A stretch of DNA of 15,996 nucleotides from a candidate division WOR-3 bacterium (GTDB lineage: Bacteria > Hydrothermota > Tepidihabitantia > Tepidihabitantales > Tepidihabitantaceae). Both the position numbers and the translations under genes were made by a program. The notes below the pieces were generated by a model. It saw only the letters and a program-made list of their open reading frames with translations, did not search any database and had not been told where the DNA came from. The stretch spans positions 1 to 15,996 of the forward strand of contig JBDRUH010000034.1 of the NCBI GenBank assembly GCA_039801225.1, in the 5' to 3' direction. Positions 13,546-15,996 of the stretch are shown piece after piece (positions within the stretch are counted from its first letter, which is position 1; each line of letters starts with the position of its first letter).

Positions 13546-14922
13546 TTAGTAAGCACCTTTTCCACTGAGTACCGCCTTTAGGGTGCGCATCACTATGGAA
13601 AAGTCAAGCCAGAGCGACCAGTTGCGAATATAATACTCATCAAGGAGGATTCGTTCCTCAAATGGTAGTTCCGCCCTTCCGGAAACCTGCCATAGACCGG
13701 TCATCCCGGGTCGGACGCGAACTATCGTCTTTACATAATCACCAACCCTCTTCATCTCCTCGGGCAAATAGGGTCTTGGACCAACTAGTGCCATCTCGCC
13801 GCACAGGACATTGAAAAGTTGGGGCAGTTCATCAAGGCTGGTGCGCCGCAAAAAACGCCCTATCTTTGTAACCCTGGGGTCATTGGTAATCCGGGCATAT
13901 CGCTCCCATTCCCTCTTAATCTCGGGGTCTTTATTCAAAAGTTCCGCCAGTCTCTCAGACGCATTCTGATACATCGTCCGAAATTTAATACAGGTAAAAA
14001 TTTTACCATCTTTACCAATCCGGGGCTGTTTAAAAAACACCGGTCCGGGTGAAGAAAGTTTTACTAAAAGGGCAATAATGCCAAAAATAGGCAATAGGAG
14101 AATTAAAACCAACACCGTGAGGACGAATTCTATTACCTCTTTTGTCCAGATGTTCAACGGTCTTAAAAGATTATAGCGGTATCTTAAAACCAAAAGGTCA
14201 CCAATCTGTTCTATCTCTCCCAGAGACCTCATCAGCAAACCTTGGTCTAAAACCATAATCATTTCCGCAAAATTTCGCTCGGCATAATTGAAAATTGACT
14301 CTAACTCCGTGTTATTGAAAGATTCCCCTAAAACAACTAAAAGTGAACTTGGTGAAATATTTACTCGCCGTAAAAGAGTTTGGATGTCTTCTTCCGGAGA
14401 TTTTCGGTTGACAAACTGGAGCGCCGAATATCCTAAGGTAGCATGCCGGTTTAACCTTTTAACAAACTCCGTTGCCGCCTTTTCATCTCCCAATATGATT
14501 AACGGTTGATAGAAAAGTCTTACTCTAATAAGCGCCCTTTTTAGTATCCTCCGCACCGTTGGGACTAGAATTATCCCAAAACCGATTGCGAAAAGAACCA
14601 CAAATCGGGAGACAATCCAGAGGCGAACCATAAACAAAAAGATGGTCAAAAGGGCACTGGCAACGACCACACCTCGGAAGCAATGCCGGCGCTCCTCCCA
14701 TTCGGTCAATCGCTTGGTATAAAGCCCTTCATATGCAAAGACAAACGGATAGAGTAGAAGGAAATAACTCTTTTCTAAAAGTACCTTTACGGGAATCTCC
14801 CCGGGAAAGCCACCCGCGAATAATCCTCGCAGTAAATAACCTAAAGTAAAACTTGCCATCATTGTGAGAATATCGCCCGCCACAAAAATCGCCATCGCTA
14901 AAATGGCTCTTAACCGATTCAC
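13546..14922 (-). CDS. wbaP: Undecaprenyl-phosphate hexose phosphotransferase (WbaP/WcaJ family)
   Basis: N-terminal TM segments, GPVFFKQPRIG, KFRTM, NDPRVTKIGRFLRRTSLDELPQ, GPRP, PGMTGLWQVSGR and YIRNWSLWLD. Confidence 0.9.
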   Translation of the reverse strand: MNRLRAILAMAIFVAGDILTMMASFTLGYLLRGLFAGGFPGEIPVKVLLEKSYFLLLYPFVFAYEGLYTKRLTEWEERRHCFRGVVVASALLTIFLFMVRLWIVSRFVVLFAIGFGIILVPTVRRILKRALIRVRLFYQPLIILGDEKAATEFVKRLNRHATLGYSALQFVNRKSPEEDIQTLLRRVNISPSSLLVVLGESFNNTELESIFNYAERNFAEMIMVLDQGLLMRSLGEIEQIGDLLVLRYRYNLLRPLNIWTKEVIEFVLTVLVLILLLPIFGIIALLVKLSSPGPVFFKQPRIGKDGKIFTCIKFRTMYQNASERLAELLNKDPEIKREWERYARITNDPRVTKIGRFLRRTSLDELPQLFNVLCGEMALVGPRPYLPEEMKRVGDYVKTIVRVRPGMTGLWQVSGRAELPFEERILLDEYYIRNWSLWLDFSIVMRTLKAVLSGKGAY

Positions 14923-14925
14923 ATC

Positions 14926-15837
14926 TCACCCACTCTTTCTGCGGTTGGAACTTTGCCAGGAGTATTCAAACTCACCCAGTCCCACCATTCCTAAGGCTTC
15001 AAGAAGGAATAGATAACCGGCAAATAGAACTGTAAAAAGACCTCGCAGGATTAGAGGCTTTCTTTGAATAAAAAAAAGATATAACGACTTTATCCGGTGA
15101 AATTCACTGAAACGGCGCCTTTTTCTCCGCACTCCGCCATAGTAGTGGCAAATCCTTGCTCTTGGCTCAAGGAACACCCGCCATTTCTTTTGGTGGAGAC
15201 GAAGGCAGATGTCCAAATCCTCAGCAAACATAAAAAACCTTTCATCAAAACCACCCACCGTTTCAAACGCCTCACGCCGGAAAAGCATAAAAGCCCCAAT
15301 CACACTCTCCACCTCTACCGGCTCCTTCGCCTGGTCAATTCCCAGGTAGAGAAACTCTTTAGCCAATGGATAACCCGGGAAAAACCTAAGTAAAGGTGAA
15401 CGTCTTCCGGCAAATAGGTAGCGCAACTTCGGCAGACGCCGACAGGAAGGCTGGGGTGTACCGTCAGGATAAATTAACTGCGGCGAAACCACCCCAACAT
15501 CCGGATTATCTTCTAAAAAACTTAAAAGTCTCGTCACCGCACCGGGAAGAAACTCAATATCCGGATTTGCCACCGCCAGATACTTCCCTTGGGCATAACG
15601 CGCCCCGCGATTTGCCGCCGCCCCATAACCAAGATTCTGAGAAAGTCTCAAAAGTCGCGCACCGTGGTTTTGGCATATCATCTGAACTCTATTATAGTCT
15701 TGGGAGGCGTTGTCAACAACTATTACTTCTAAATCCTGTTCCGGTTCTGTCTGTTTAAATGTAGAAATCGCCTTATCCAAATAAACGGTTGTGTTGTAAT
15801 TAATGAATATTACCGAAATTTTGGCTGACAACGTCAC
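14926..15837 (-). CDS. Glycosyltransferase family 2 (WbbL-like)
   Basis: VIVVDNAS, NLGYGAAANRG, NPDI, GAFML and GGFDERFFMFAEDLDIC. Confidence 0.92.
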   Translation of the reverse strand: MTLSAKISVIFINYNTTVYLDKAISTFKQTEPEQDLEVIVVDNASQDYNRVQMICQNHGARLLRLSQNLGYGAAANRGARYAQGKYLAVANPDIEFLPGAVTRLLSFLEDNPDVGVVSPQLIYPDGTPQPSCRRLPKLRYLFAGRRSPLLRFFPGYPLAKEFLYLGIDQAKEPVEVESVIGAFMLFRREAFETVGGFDERFFMFAEDLDICLRLHQKKWRVFLEPRARICHYYGGVRRKRRRFSEFHRIKSLYLFFIQRKPLILRGLFTVLFAGYLFLLEALGMVGLGEFEYSWQSSNRRKSG

Positions 15838-15995
15838 TCCGTTATCCGACCTCGGCTGGTGGCCATTTTCCGCCTGCCGCTCGCGGTCAATCCACTACCT
15901 GCCGCAAGATAAATAAAAGGCATTGCTGGCAGTCTGAATCTACCGTCCGCTAATGGTGAGGCGGAAAAAATGAAGTAACAGCCAGTTAATAAGAG
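15834..15995 (-). CDS. C-terminal end of a GT-C/ArnT-like membrane glycosyltransferase (runs off the right edge)
   Basis: Manual translation gives LLLTGCYFIFSASPLADGRFRLPAMPFIYLAAGSGLTASGRRKMATSRGRITE*, with an RFRLPxxP motif. Its stop overlaps the GT2 start (GTGA). Confidence 0.7.
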   Translation of the reverse strand, partial: LLLTGCYFIFSASPLADGRFRLPAMPFIYLAAGSGLTASGRRKMATSRGRITE

Positions 15996-15996
15996 A

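Noticed and set aside
11985..15758. Plus-strand ORFs such as 11985-12380, 15097-15393 and 15396-15758, and other short nested ORFs
   Set aside because: They are antisense or out-of-frame shadows of well-supported genes and have no recognisable motifs.

Overview
Bacterial chromosomal window, apparently from an anaerobic diderm (FCB-associated or WOR-3-like lineage; this is an inference from gene content only). Left to right: the 5' part of pcm (minus strand); a ~1 kb divergent intergenic region packed with small repeats; a plus-strand run iorA-iorB-purQ-[2Fe-2S protein]-[FAD/NAD(P) oxidoreductase]-YfhO-like GT-C; convergent minus-strand genes for a UbiA-family polyprenyl-phosphate phosphoribosyltransferase and an atypical LpxB; agmatinase speB with a small Cys-rich ORF; and minus-strand genes for a PorZ-like beta-propeller with a T9SS-type C-terminal domain, a WbaP-like phosphoglycosyltransferase, a GT2 and the 3' end of another GT-C. 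The most unusual signals are: (1) a phase-locked degenerate 12-bp array of about 23 units at 372-647, next to a TTAAGT-N14-ACTTAA palindrome; (2) heptamer repeat arrays that occur between genes and are also translated into protein termini and linkers; (3) sigma70-type promoters placed 5-10 nt before the start codons of six genes, suggesting leaderless mRNAs; (4) an LpxB homolog with Gly at the catalytic Asp position; (5) a 60-aa protein with two CCxxCPx(Y/F)xxC motifs whose motif DNA is duplicated right after the stop codon. No tRNA, rRNA, CRISPR array or transposase was recognised.
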